In this document: positions 40,979-49,741 of the stretch, one piece after another
Layout of the letters: each line of letters starts with the position of its first letter
Position numbering within the stretch: position 1 is the first letter of the stretch
Origin: a virus
IMG/VR virus record: IMGVR_UViG_3300035181_002522
Span: 64,001-128,000 of that record
DNA length: 64,000 bases
Reading direction: 5' to 3' (one strand)
Position numbers and translations under genes: made by a program
Notes under the pieces: model-generated
Databases searched by the model: none
What the model was told of the DNA's origin: nothing
The model's input: only the letters and a program-made list of their open reading frames with translations

Positions 40979-41836
40979 GATTATCAGAAGCATTATTCCG
41001 CTCTTATTGAACGGGCCAAAAATAGAATTATTGATGGGTATACTGAACAACATCACATTATTCCAAATTGCTTTTTCAAAAACTCTTCTAGACGGAATAC
41101 AAAACATTCGTCATTTGCTGGTTGGTTAGATGGTAATCGGGATGATAAATCGAATTTAGTAAATTTGACACCAGAAGAACATTATGTTGCTCATCAATTA
41201 TTAGTTAAAATATATCCGAATAATTTAGCACTGTTATTTGCTGCTAATATGATGGGCAATACTAGAAAGGGAAATAAATGTTATGGTTGGTTAAAAAGAA
41301 AGCATTCTGATCGAATGAAAAATTTACCAATTGAAATTAGATTAAAAATTTCAAAAGCTTTAAAAGGAAGAAAAGTTTCACCAGAAACACGTCAAAAAAT
41401 TAGTAAATCTAAAAAGATCAATAATGCGATTAGAAAAAAATTGATATCAGAAGGCGTATTAGAAAAGCCTACACGCAAAACTTTCACACATTCTGAAGCC
41501 ACAAAACTTAAATTTTCTAAAAATGCTAAACAGTTACATCCAAATGGGCCCTTTTTTGGAAAAACTCATACTGAAGAAACAAAGCAAAAAATAAAACAAA
41601 GTAATACTAATTTTGTTCATACTGAAGAAACAAAAGCTTATCTTTCTGAAATTAGAAAAGGTGAAAATAACCCAATGTTTGGCTCTATTGGGACGATGGC
41701 AGGAAGAACAGGAAGTTCACACCCAGCGTTTGGATCAAAATGGTATGTTAATACTATTACTGGAGAAATTAAAAAATTTCGACCTGAAGAAATAAATACT
41801 TTGTGTATAACATGGAAACCAGGAAGAAAATTATGA
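40976..41836 (+). CDS. HNH homing endonuclease with NUMOD3 repeats
   Basis: EQHHIIP, NLVNLTPEEHYVAHQLL, repeated HTEETK, NPMFG. Confidence 0.9.
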   Translation: MDYQKHYSALIERAKNRIIDGYTEQHHIIPNCFFKNSSRRNTKHSSFAGWLDGNRDDKSNLVNLTPEEHYVAHQLLVKIYPNNLALLFAANMMGNTRKGNKCYGWLKRKHSDRMKNLPIEIRLKISKALKGRKVSPETRQKISKSKKINNAIRKKLISEGVLEKPTRKTFTHSEATKLKFSKNAKQLHPNGPFFGKTHTEETKQKIKQSNTNFVHTEETKAYLSEIRKGENNPMFGSIGTMAGRTGSSHPAFGSKWYVNTITGEIKKFRPEEINTLCITWKPGRKL

Positions 41837-42108
41837 AACAACAATCTCCAACGTCTAAAGACGATAAATCACAAAATAACGTAAAACTCCAAGATGATAT
41901 GGGAATTTTAGCTGATGGAAAAATAGATGCCGCTGATGTGAAACATATATTATCTTCAAAAACAGTTTGGGTAAATGTACTTGCATTTGTTGCATTTTTC
42001 TTGCAATCAAAATGGGGTTACGTTATGGATGAGGCTACTCAAGCTCAAGTATTAACAGTTGTTAATATTGGCTTGCGTTATGTTACACATGAACCTGTAC
42101 GCTGGTAA
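41833..42108 (+). CDS. putative holin
   Basis: SKTVWVN..two short TMs..NIGLRYVT.EP. Confidence 0.55.
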   Translation: MKQQSPTSKDDKSQNNVKLQDDMGILADGKIDAADVKHILSSKTVWVNVLAFVAFFLQSKWGYVMDEATQAQVLTVVNIGLRYVTHEPVRW

Positions 42109-42728
42109 TGATACCAAATCTAGATCAAAAGGTTCAATTCTTAGATAAAGTCAATAACATCCGAGATGGATTGTTATTGACTGAGCCTTTATCTAAATAA
42201 GAGCTTGCTCAGTTAATCACAAATACATCATCAATTTTCCCAATCATAATAACATTCAACAAAAAATACTCAACCAACATTATTCAAAATGAACCAGAAT
42301 CTCCAATTGATAGCATTGCTTTTAAACGATATCTTACTGGGAAAGATTGGACATATTCTACTACTCTGAATACAGCAATAGAATACGATGGTTGGACCTA
42401 CGATCTACCTCGGGATTGGTCCAAAATCAAAAAAATTAAATTTGGACAATTAGGTCAACTATAAACATATGAAATTTACAGAACTGTTTGAAACATACCT
42501 CACCAATTCCAGTGTTAGCGAACACCAAGCTAAATTTATTTGGAACCATGCAATTGAAGAAGCACATAAGCTGCTTCAAGATCAAGCCTCTAAAAAGAAA
42601 CCATTCATACTTCACGTATTAAAGCAACCTATCGATCTTGATAGTTATTTCTGATACGTTCTTCACACTTTTAATTTTCTTCTTTAATTAGATTGTGTTA
42701 TAATTTTTCCTATCATTTAGGAGGAATT

Positions 42729-42780
42729 ACGCCAAAGATCTATACTGTAGGTGGTTGGGTTAGAGATACCTTGTTGAATG
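42729..42780 (+). pseudogene. remnant of tRNA nucleotidyltransferase (CCA-adding enzyme) N-terminus
   Basis: AGGAGG RBS, ACG in place of ATG, then PKIYTVGGWVRDTLL; remainder absent. Confidence 0.6.
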
Positions 42781-42916
42781 CAGTAAATGCGGTGACTGAA
42801 CAATTTACACATGGTACTGGTCGTCATCAACCTTTACATCAATTTTGGGACAGCTACTTCGGTGCCCAAGATCAAAACAAAAGCTTTATCAAAAGCACTG
42901 GAAATGGTAGCTTAAA

Positions 42917-43921
42917 ATGCTCATAGCAATAACTGGTCGAATGGCGATTGGAAAATCAACCATTATTCAAAATATGTCACTGTCAGTACCGCACGTGAAA
43001 TTTGACCTTGATAAAGCCGCGCACAAATATAGTCAAAGTGCTGATATTCAAGAATTTATTGAAAGCAATCGAAGTACTGTTGATCAGACAACCAAAGACA
43101 TTTGTTGGAAAAATATTTTTAGTGAATCAAACAAATATCGGCAGTTTTGCGCGTTATATGAACCATACCTAATAAAGGAAGTTCAGGAAATAATTCATTT
43201 TTATCAATTCAGTGACGCCATAAAGATTGTTGAAGCTTCAGCACTGTACGCATATCCAAAATTACGACAGCTGTTTGATGCTGTTATTGAACTTGGCACT
43301 ACCGCAGAATCACGAGAAGAAAATATTGAAAGTCGAGCTGATTTAGCTAATGAACGGTTTAAAGTTGAAATTGCTGACGCGCTGTACGTCTCTTGTGGCA
43401 CTGACTTTCTTAATATTGGGCTCGGAAAAAATCCAAGTATGATTCTGAGTAAGCTAATCACAAAACTCTACAGAAGATTAAATGGACAACATGTTTCTAG
43501 AGCGTATTTTTGCGGCTCATTTGAACCAATGACTATCGGCCATTATGATATTTACGAGCGGGCCTGTGAAATGTTCGATGAGGTTATCTTTGTAAAAGCT
43601 AAGAACCCCAGCAAGTCAGACACTCTCAGAGAATCGCCTAAATACTTACAGTTAGTTACTACAACCTATATTCCAACGTTGCTCAGAGGTGAGTCTGGTG
43701 TCACTAATCTAATACGTGGTGTAAGGACGGAAAAAGATTATGTCGAAGCGATAGAATGGTTTCGTTCAATTGAAATCATTGTTGGTAGTGGTAAAGTGGA
43801 ATTGATATTGTTGCCTGCTTCTAAAGAGCTTGAAAATGTAAGTTCGACCTTTGTTAGAGCTCTTGAAAAATTATCTGAAAACGATGCGAAACGGTTTATT
43901 GTGCCTAATCATTTTGCCTAA
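42917..43921 (+). CDS. coaE-coaD: dephospho-CoA kinase - phosphopantetheine adenylyltransferase fusion (CoaE-CoaD)
   Basis: N-terminal IAITGRMAIGKST P-loop and DLDK; C-terminal GSFEPMTIGH, LIRGVR, VSSTFVR. Confidence 0.8.
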   Translation: MLIAITGRMAIGKSTIIQNMSLSVPHVKFDLDKAAHKYSQSADIQEFIESNRSTVDQTTKDICWKNIFSESNKYRQFCALYEPYLIKEVQEIIHFYQFSDAIKIVEASALYAYPKLRQLFDAVIELGTTAESREENIESRADLANERFKVEIADALYVSCGTDFLNIGLGKNPSMILSKLITKLYRRLNGQHVSRAYFCGSFEPMTIGHYDIYERACEMFDEVIFVKAKNPSKSDTLRESPKYLQLVTTTYIPTLLRGESGVTNLIRGVRTEKDYVEAIEWFRSIEIIVGSGKVELILLPASKELENVSSTFVRALEKLSENDAKRFIVPNHFA

Positions 43922-44359
43922 AGACCGAAAAGAGATATAGAAATCTCTAAATGTTATTTTGCTTCTTAGCAGTCTTTAGGTATTATGATTGTTCATGTTA
44001 AATTTCTCGGGGGGAGAAGAATTATGGGAACTAAAGAATCATTTAAAAAATATAGTGGTTTTACAGAATTGGCATTATTAATAAATCTGTTCCCAGCGCT
44101 GATGACATTTTTCCTGTCGGCGATGTATAATGAATCAGCAAAAGAACGTAAAATAATGTACATTATGAAAAAATAGTGTATAATATCTTTCGTGCTGAAG
44201 CGGTAAGGAATTCAAGATGAAAGAAAATATGTTTATTCATATAGCAAAGTTGATTATGTTAATCCAATTAAAGCGCAAAGCTATGCGGTTGTAGATATAT
44301 CCATAGGATTCGTCGTTGTTATTGCTTTATTTGCAATTATAGCTACGAGGACTTGAAAA

Positions 44360-44575
44360 ATGAGTGACAGTATTTTAATGATGTTTGCTATGTTGTTAGC
44401 AATTACTTTTATTGCTAACATTGTTTTTTGTATAATTGAGCTTCATAATCTATTGAAAGCCAAAGTTCAAAAAGCACGGTTGGAAGTCGATGAACTCTTA
44501 CATTGTAAAAATAGAGAATTGGGAAAAATATTCCTAACTTTTTGGGTCCGGTACGCGAATTGGTTCAGCGGGTAA
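44360..44575 (+). CDS. small membrane protein
   Basis: TM helix, GAGG RBS; 3' end overlaps the RNA gene at 44544. Confidence 0.45.
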   Translation: MSDSILMMFAMLLAITFIANIVFCIIELHNLLKAKVQKARLEVDELLHCKNRELGKIFLTFWVRYANWFSG

Positions 44576-44674
44576 AAACGTGGTTTGCATTTTTTGTCAG
44601 TAATGACCGCTCGTAAATCGTTATCGTGTCCGTAAAACACCTGTATGTGGGTTCGAGTCCCACCCGGCCCACCA
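44544..44674 (+). ncRNA. tRNA-like RNA (GTA loop, CCA end) carrying the conserved insert module
   Basis: acceptor, D arm, T arm and CCA present; ~52-nt insert between D arm and anticodon hairpin. Confidence 0.85.
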
Positions 44675-44680
44675 AATTAT

Positions 44681-44810
44681 GACACTATAGCTCAGTTGGT
44701 AGAGCACCTAAACATCGTTTTCAATTTTTTGCTAGAAATAGCCGACTAGAAAATGGTTATCGTCATTTGGAGACACTGTATGTGGGTTCGAGTCCCACCT
44801 GCCTTCTCAA
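44681..44810 (+). ncRNA. tRNA-like RNA carrying the conserved insert module (acceptor stem decayed)
   Basis: canonical D arm AGCTCAGTTGGTAGAGC, insert module, T arm identical to that of the preceding RNA. Confidence 0.75.
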
Positions 44811-44823
44811 CTTTATTAAGCAT

Positions 44824-45162
44824 ATGCTAATTACTGTTTTAAAATCAAAGCTACATCATGTTACCGTCACTGAAGCTGATATTAATTATGTTGGTTCATG
44901 TGCAATTGATGTAGAATTATTAGAAGCTGCTGAAATTCAAGAAAATGAGCAAATTCACATCTATAATGTGAATAATGGCGAACGTTTTACCACGTATGCC
45001 ATCGCTTCTGCAATTCCTGGAATTATCTCAGTTAGGGGTTCCGCCACTAGAAAAGTAGTGGTTGGAGATACCTTGATAATTACCGCTTTTGGCCAAATTA
45101 CCAAAGGCGAAATTTATAGACCAAATATCGTTTTTGTTAATAGTAAAAATCTCATAACATAA
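44824..45162 (+). CDS. panD: aspartate 1-decarboxylase
   Basis: LKSKLH..TVTEADINYVGS (Gly-Ser autocleavage site), NVNNGERFTTYAI. Confidence 0.93.
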   Translation: MLITVLKSKLHHVTVTEADINYVGSCAIDVELLEAAEIQENEQIHIYNVNNGERFTTYAIASAIPGIISVRGSATRKVVVGDTLIITAFGQITKGEIYRPNIVFVNSKNLIT

Positions 45163-45175
45163 AAGAGGAATAGAA

Positions 45176-45940
45176 ATGCCTAAACTACATGAAGTGCTCG
45201 CAGTTGAAAAAACTCGTGCAAATGCAGCAACAAAATTGCTCGACGAAACTGCAACAAAATTTCGTAAAGAACATTTTTTTGCTGGCCACATCAAAACTTT
45301 GAGAATGCTGGCTGATAGCCCTGCGAATGCTGCTATTGAAGCTGCATCTCGCGACGACAAAGCTTTGCCAACAACCGTTCCAGAAACTCTAGAATACGCT
45401 CTGAAATTCTGGGCAGATGCTGAAGACGTTACATTCGCAAAAAATCGCACAAATCAAATCGCTAATGCTGATCTTCTGTTTCATGGCGCCGTTTTAGTTC
45501 CTAATGTTCCGGTTGACGAGTTGCTCGGCCTGGAAGTTCGTTTGGAAAAGTTGCGTCATGTTATCGATGCAATGCCAATCTTGGATGCTTCTAGAGAGTG
45601 GTCTCTTTCAAGCTCTGGTCGTAAAGGCGAATATGTTTCAGTTACTTCCGAAGTAACCTCAAAAACTGAAAAAGTTTCTACTCCGGTTATCTTGTACGAA
45701 GCAACCGATCATCATCCCGCGCAAATCCAAGTTGTTAATACCGACAAAGTCGTTGGTACCTTTACCAAACTGTTAATCTCTGGTGCTGCATCTTCAAAAC
45801 AAAAAGCAGATGCGATTTCCACCATTGACGAATTGCTGGTAGAAGTAAAACAAGCACGTCAGCGTGCTAACAGCGTTGAAATCATCAACGAAAAAATCGG
45901 TTCAACCATCACCGATCTAATTTTGGCAGCGTTTAAATAA
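45176..45940 (+). CDS. conserved helical hypothetical protein next to the double tRNA-mimic RNA
   Basis: KLHEVLAVEK, LYEATDHHPAQ, VKQARQRAN; codon usage like highly expressed genes. Confidence 0.75.
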   Translation: MPKLHEVLAVEKTRANAATKLLDETATKFRKEHFFAGHIKTLRMLADSPANAAIEAASRDDKALPTTVPETLEYALKFWADAEDVTFAKNRTNQIANADLLFHGAVLVPNVPVDELLGLEVRLEKLRHVIDAMPILDASREWSLSSSGRKGEYVSVTSEVTSKTEKVSTPVILYEATDHHPAQIQVVNTDKVVGTFTKLLISGAASSKQKADAISTIDELLVEVKQARQRANSVEIINEKIGSTITDLILAAFK

Positions 45941-46161
45941 TGAAAGAGCTATCGTTACCGCAAGGAACTAAAATTCTCTGCGGTAACGGGCATTTAGTTG
46001 CTGTATTGAATAGGTCTCTTTATCGAGGAGACACTGATTACAGTGATGCTTTTGATTATGCTGAAGGTCAAATGCTTCCAACAAAAGGTCAATTATGTCC
46101 ACTTCATTGTCATTGTGGAAGTGTATGGCTTGACAAATTTAAATGCGTTAAAATTGAATAA
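45940..46161 (+). CDS. small Cys/His-rich protein
   Basis: CGNGH, CHCG; coupled to the upstream gene. Confidence 0.55.
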   Translation: MKELSLPQGTKILCGNGHLVAVLNRSLYRGDTDYSDAFDYAEGQMLPTKGQLCPLHCHCGSVWLDKFKCVKIE

Positions 46162-46199
46162 AACAGTTTCTTTTTGAATGCTATTGTGATAATATAGCT

Positions 46200-46615
46200 T
46201 CAAGTTAAAAGTTTGAGCCATCCTTATAATTATTTTTATTTTGAAATTGCGTTAAATTGCCTGCTGGTTCGAGTCCAGCTCCACATACAGAGAGCTTAAT
46301 AAGTTTTCTGTATGTGGATAGGAGAATTGGTATATCCCAAGATCTTTAAGAACTCATATGGAGTCGATCTTGTGTAATTTAAAGTGAGCCTTTTTAATCT
46401 TCGTATCGCTCAACATACGTAGACTAGAAGTAAAGTTTTAACAACAAATACGGTCTTCTCATTCATTAAATGAGAACTGGAAGTCGCGGGTTCAAATCCC
46501 GTCCCGACGGCAATTGATTTTAGAAATAGAGTTAATTGCCGTCGGGTAGCTCAGTGGTTAGAGTGCCAGTAAAATAACATCGTCATCATCGTAGGTTGTT
46601 TGATTAAAACTTGAA
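46200..46615 (+). ncRNA. structured RNA with two circularly permuted tRNA-like domains
   Basis: T arm -> closed acceptor hairpin -> D arm at 46263-46337 and 46476-46570, each within closing stems; TG-n-TAATAT upstream. Confidence 0.85.
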
Positions 46616-46629
46616 AGAATATCATTCTT

Positions 46630-46672
46630 AATGCCCGCCTAGAATATAGGAAATTTGGACTTTGCGGGCATT
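46630..46672 (+). terminator. hairpin downstream of the double tRNA-mimic RNA
   Basis: AATGCCCGC...GCGGGCATT. Confidence 0.4.
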
Positions 46673-46844
46673 CTATAAAAGAGCTTTTAACTGAAAGTTT
46701 TTTTATAGAATGATAACATTAAGGATATAATATGTCAATATTACGAATTGCTACAGCACTTATATAAGTGCTGTATGGTTTGATGGCATACATTTTTAAT
46801 ATTGACGTTAAGAAACAAGCTGAAAAAGAAGAGAAAAAATAATT

Positions 46845-46970
46845 GCCGGTATAGTTTAATGGTAGAACTGCCAAAAAACATCGTTTACATTTTTTGTTAG
46901 CAATAACCGCTAGTAAATGGTTATCCATTCCAAGGGGAAGATCGTGGTTCGATTCCACGTGCCGGCTCCA
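46845..46970 (+). ncRNA. tRNA-Gly(TCC)-like RNA (CCA end) carrying the conserved insert module
   Basis: acceptor GCCGGTA/TGCCGGC, U discriminator, loop ATTCCAA, insert module. Confidence 0.85.
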
Positions 46971-46993
46971 CTTTTTAAGATGAGAGAATTATT

Positions 46994-47251
46994 ATGAACA
47001 TTGACAGCCATATGGCATATGATAGAAAAATATTCATTCAGCACTCTGTTGCTGAAATAGCAAAACAAGATAAAGCAGCACAAAGCGTCTTTTTGCAGCG
47101 CCTTAAAAATCTACGAATGTTTAATGATTTGTTCAATGATAATCTCCCTAAAAACAATTGGGATTTACGTTATACTGCAATGAGATGTAAGTCAACAAGG
47201 TTCATTAAGATGGATCTTGTTCTAATGCAAATTAGATACCTAATGTGTTAG
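46994..47251 (+). CDS. hypothetical protein
   Basis: ORF. Confidence 0.45.
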   Translation: MNIDSHMAYDRKIFIQHSVAEIAKQDKAAQSVFLQRLKNLRMFNDLFNDNLPKNNWDLRYTAMRCKSTRFIKMDLVLMQIRYLMC

Positions 47252-47424
47252 GCGGTAAAAGTGCGAATTATTAAAATTGTGAATGAAACAAATTTTTTTG
47301 GTTTACTTTATAATGGTACTATTGTACTATGTACAAAAGTTGAAGCTGATTATTGTGCAACAGTTAGATTTGGAAAAGCTGGGCGAATGTCGGTATTTGC
47401 AATGAGAACTAATTAGGAGCTGTT

Positions 47425-47622
47425 ATGACATTTTTGTGGTTGCTTTTCACGACAACTATTGGTGCTATTGCCGGTGGAATGGTTTATGCTTCGCCATGGA
47501 TTGGCAGTGCAATAGGATTTGTTGTTGGGTTCATTCTTAATATGATAATAAAAAGTGCTACCGGCAATTTTGGTTTTTTTGGGGAAGACCCTTTCAATTT
47601 TGATGGTGGTTATGGAGACTAA
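47425..47622 (+). CDS. small membrane protein
   Basis: two TMs, AGGAG RBS. Confidence 0.6.
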   Translation: MTFLWLLFTTTIGAIAGGMVYASPWIGSAIGFVVGFILNMIIKSATGNFGFFGEDPFNFDGGYGD

Positions 47623-47624
47623 AT

Positions 47625-48071
47625 GTGGAAATCATAATTCTAAGGTTGCCTTTTGGCTCAACTGTTAGAGATCTTGAAATCTTTATTGAACCCGCTCTAA
47701 AGGTATGCTGGTTCATCAATAAACGATCTCTGATCGACAGATTAAAGATCAAGGTTTATATTGATCGAAAAGTCGACGGCATCGAACTGCATGGTCATAT
47801 CTTTACTAAAGATGAACATCTTGGCAGACAGCTGTGTAAGAAGCTAAATGGAAAATACTTCAAAAATGAAAAACCAGTCGCGGTCAGAGAATATCAAATC
47901 CGTAGTTGGCAAAATGATCGTCGTAGACCAACTCTTGAAAAAGTTGATGTACTTGGCACTGGTTCAAGACAAGGAGAACGCCGTCGTGGAAAACAACTCG
48001 ATGAGATAACCGATGCTAACGCCAACGTGCTTTTCATTGGTGTTAAAAATTTTAATCGGAAACAATTTTAA
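47625..48071 (+). CDS. RRM-like RNA-binding protein
   Basis: IIILRLP..T..DL..F, KKLNGKYF...VAVREY..RSWQNDRR pattern. Confidence 0.6.
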   Translation: MEIIILRLPFGSTVRDLEIFIEPALKVCWFINKRSLIDRLKIKVYIDRKVDGIELHGHIFTKDEHLGRQLCKKLNGKYFKNEKPVAVREYQIRSWQNDRRRPTLEKVDVLGTGSRQGERRRGKQLDEITDANANVLFIGVKNFNRKQF

Positions 48072-48303
48072 TAGTTTACAAATCGAGAGTTTATATTATA
48101 ATAACTCTCGTATTTTTATTATAAATGAAATTTTATTTGTATTAAATTGAAAATTTACTTAATAAAAATGAGAAAAACAGATAGTTAATAGCATATTTGT
48201 TAATAGTGAAAATACCTATAATTTAATGATAGATGGCATTTTAATAATTGTAAATTTAAAATGCAAATTTAAGGGATGTTGAAAATCTACTAAATAAAAT
48301 ATC

Positions 48304-48421
48304 GGGATAGTGACGGAATTGGTATACGTACAAGACTTTTTCAAGAACTTGAAACTATTCAAGTTCTTCTGAAAATCTTGCGGCTTCGGCCATGTGGGTT
48401 CGAGTCCCACCTATCCCACCA
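48304..48421 (+). tRNA. tRNA-Leu(TAA) interrupted by a 33-nt hairpin in the anticodon
   Basis: Leu-type D loop and long variable arm, CCA; removing 48339-48371 gives loop CT-TAA-AA. Confidence 0.85.
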
Positions 48422-48978
48422 AATTTATAATGCATTTACGACAAAACCAAACATTTTAGAGTTAATAAACTCTAACAGAGATCATTTACGTCAATTAGAA
48501 AAGTTTTCTATTGGCGTTTCTGTTGTTATAATTGTCAGTGAAGATGAATACACTCCATCTATTCGTACTGCTATTGGTCATGTTATCGGATTTGCTCCAG
48601 GTCGATTGACCATTGGAGATGACATTAGAGTAATTGTTCAAACTGCAGCTGGTAGTAAACGTTCAATAACTCCAGAAAATTTAATGTTGCTGAGTGAAAC
48701 ATGAACATTATTCCACAACCACCACTCACGAGAATAATTAGAGAAGGTAGCACTAGGTTTTGTCCTTTTTTGCGGAAGTAGCTTAGTGATAAATGTTCTT
48801 GGAAAATCACAAGGATGTTTATAACCAGAGTGTCATAACTTCCACCAATTGTCTGGTAGAGCAGTTGAGGCATTAAGTACTATTGAACAAGTTAAGCAGA
48901 TTAAAGCAGATTATGATGTTAGTCTTAATGAAGCTAAGCGTATTTTTGCATGCCTTATTGAATATGTTGTTCAGAAAT

Positions 48979-49049
48979 GACCTCTAATTGGTTTACATTG
49001 AGATTCTAAAACTCATTGTGTCAGAGTTCAACTCTCTGAGACGTCACCA
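48979..49049 (+). tRNA. tRNA with amber anticodon (CTA), truncated D arm
   Basis: loop TTCTAAA, T arm CAGAG-TTCAACT-CTCTG, acceptor GACCTCT/AGACGTC, CCA. Confidence 0.6.
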
Positions 49050-49178
49050 AAATGTCACAATCAAAACAAGAATTAATTAGCCAGCTTCAACAACTTATTG
49101 ATAGTTGGACTGCGGAATTAGAATCGTTAGATGATGGCGGCAAAAGTAAAGAATTTGAACGCTTAAGAGAATTGTTAA

Positions 49179-49416
49179 ATGCAAATTACGACAATAAAAG
49201 CTAAATCTCGTAAACTAGCTTGCAGATTGGACTATTGAATTAATTGAACAAGTTCTTGAACAAGAATTGCTAGTGGAAAGTGAATTAAGAGAGAACCTTG
49301 CTGAGGAAATTAAACAAGAAATTGATAATCACATTATTGACACTATCATTTTACGAGCTGAATATGAAAGAGTTAAACATCTTACTAAAGATTGTGATAA
49401 TATAAAATCTTCTTAA
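49179..49416 (+). pseudogene. stand-alone fragment of the major capsid fold, one frameshift
   Basis: TIKAKSRKLAADWTIE...VESELRENLAEEIKQEIDNHII aligns to gp23 TVTAGSRKLQAKWTVE...LEAEITAALSAEIVSEIDNEII. Confidence 0.65.
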
Positions 49417-49432
49417 ATTATTCGAGAATCAA

Positions 49433-49741
49433 ATGATAAACGCGAATATTATTGATGTTGGCCCTGATGTTGACAGAACTCCATCTGAACATGTTCAATC
49501 AGTGTTAGCTGCCCTTAGCCAAGGCACTCGATTTAAAAATACGGTTGAACTTATTGGCTGCATAACTTCATCGATTGGGCAAATTGTTGAAAGTTTTGCA
49601 GTTGGTTGTGAATTTGTCTTCTTGGCATTTCATAACAGCGATATCGTATTTGTTCGCACTGATAACCAACTATACCATCGTATAGTTTGGTATGCCAACG
49701 AGTTAGATACTGCCGAAAAAATTGAGATAGTCATTGACTAA
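49433..49741 (+). CDS. hypothetical protein
   Basis: ORF. Confidence 0.5.
   Translation: MINANIIDVGPDVDRTPSEHVQSVLAALSQGTRFKNTVELIGCITSSIGQIVESFAVGCEFVFLAFHNSDIVFVRTDNQLYHRIVWYANELDTAEKIEIVID

Noticed and set aside
48339-48371. Self-splicing group I intron
   Set aside because: Only 33 nt, with no catalytic core
48378-48420. Track ORF starts inside RNA genes (48378, 44767, 58278) and antisense ORFs over tRNAs (46719, 48216, 50965, 62365)
   Set aside because: They overlap clear tRNA-like structures; true starts are downstream or the ORFs are spurious
48979-49049. tRNA-Pyl
   Set aside because: It retains GG and TTC loop motifs, lacks the 6-bp anticodon stem, and no pyl genes are seen
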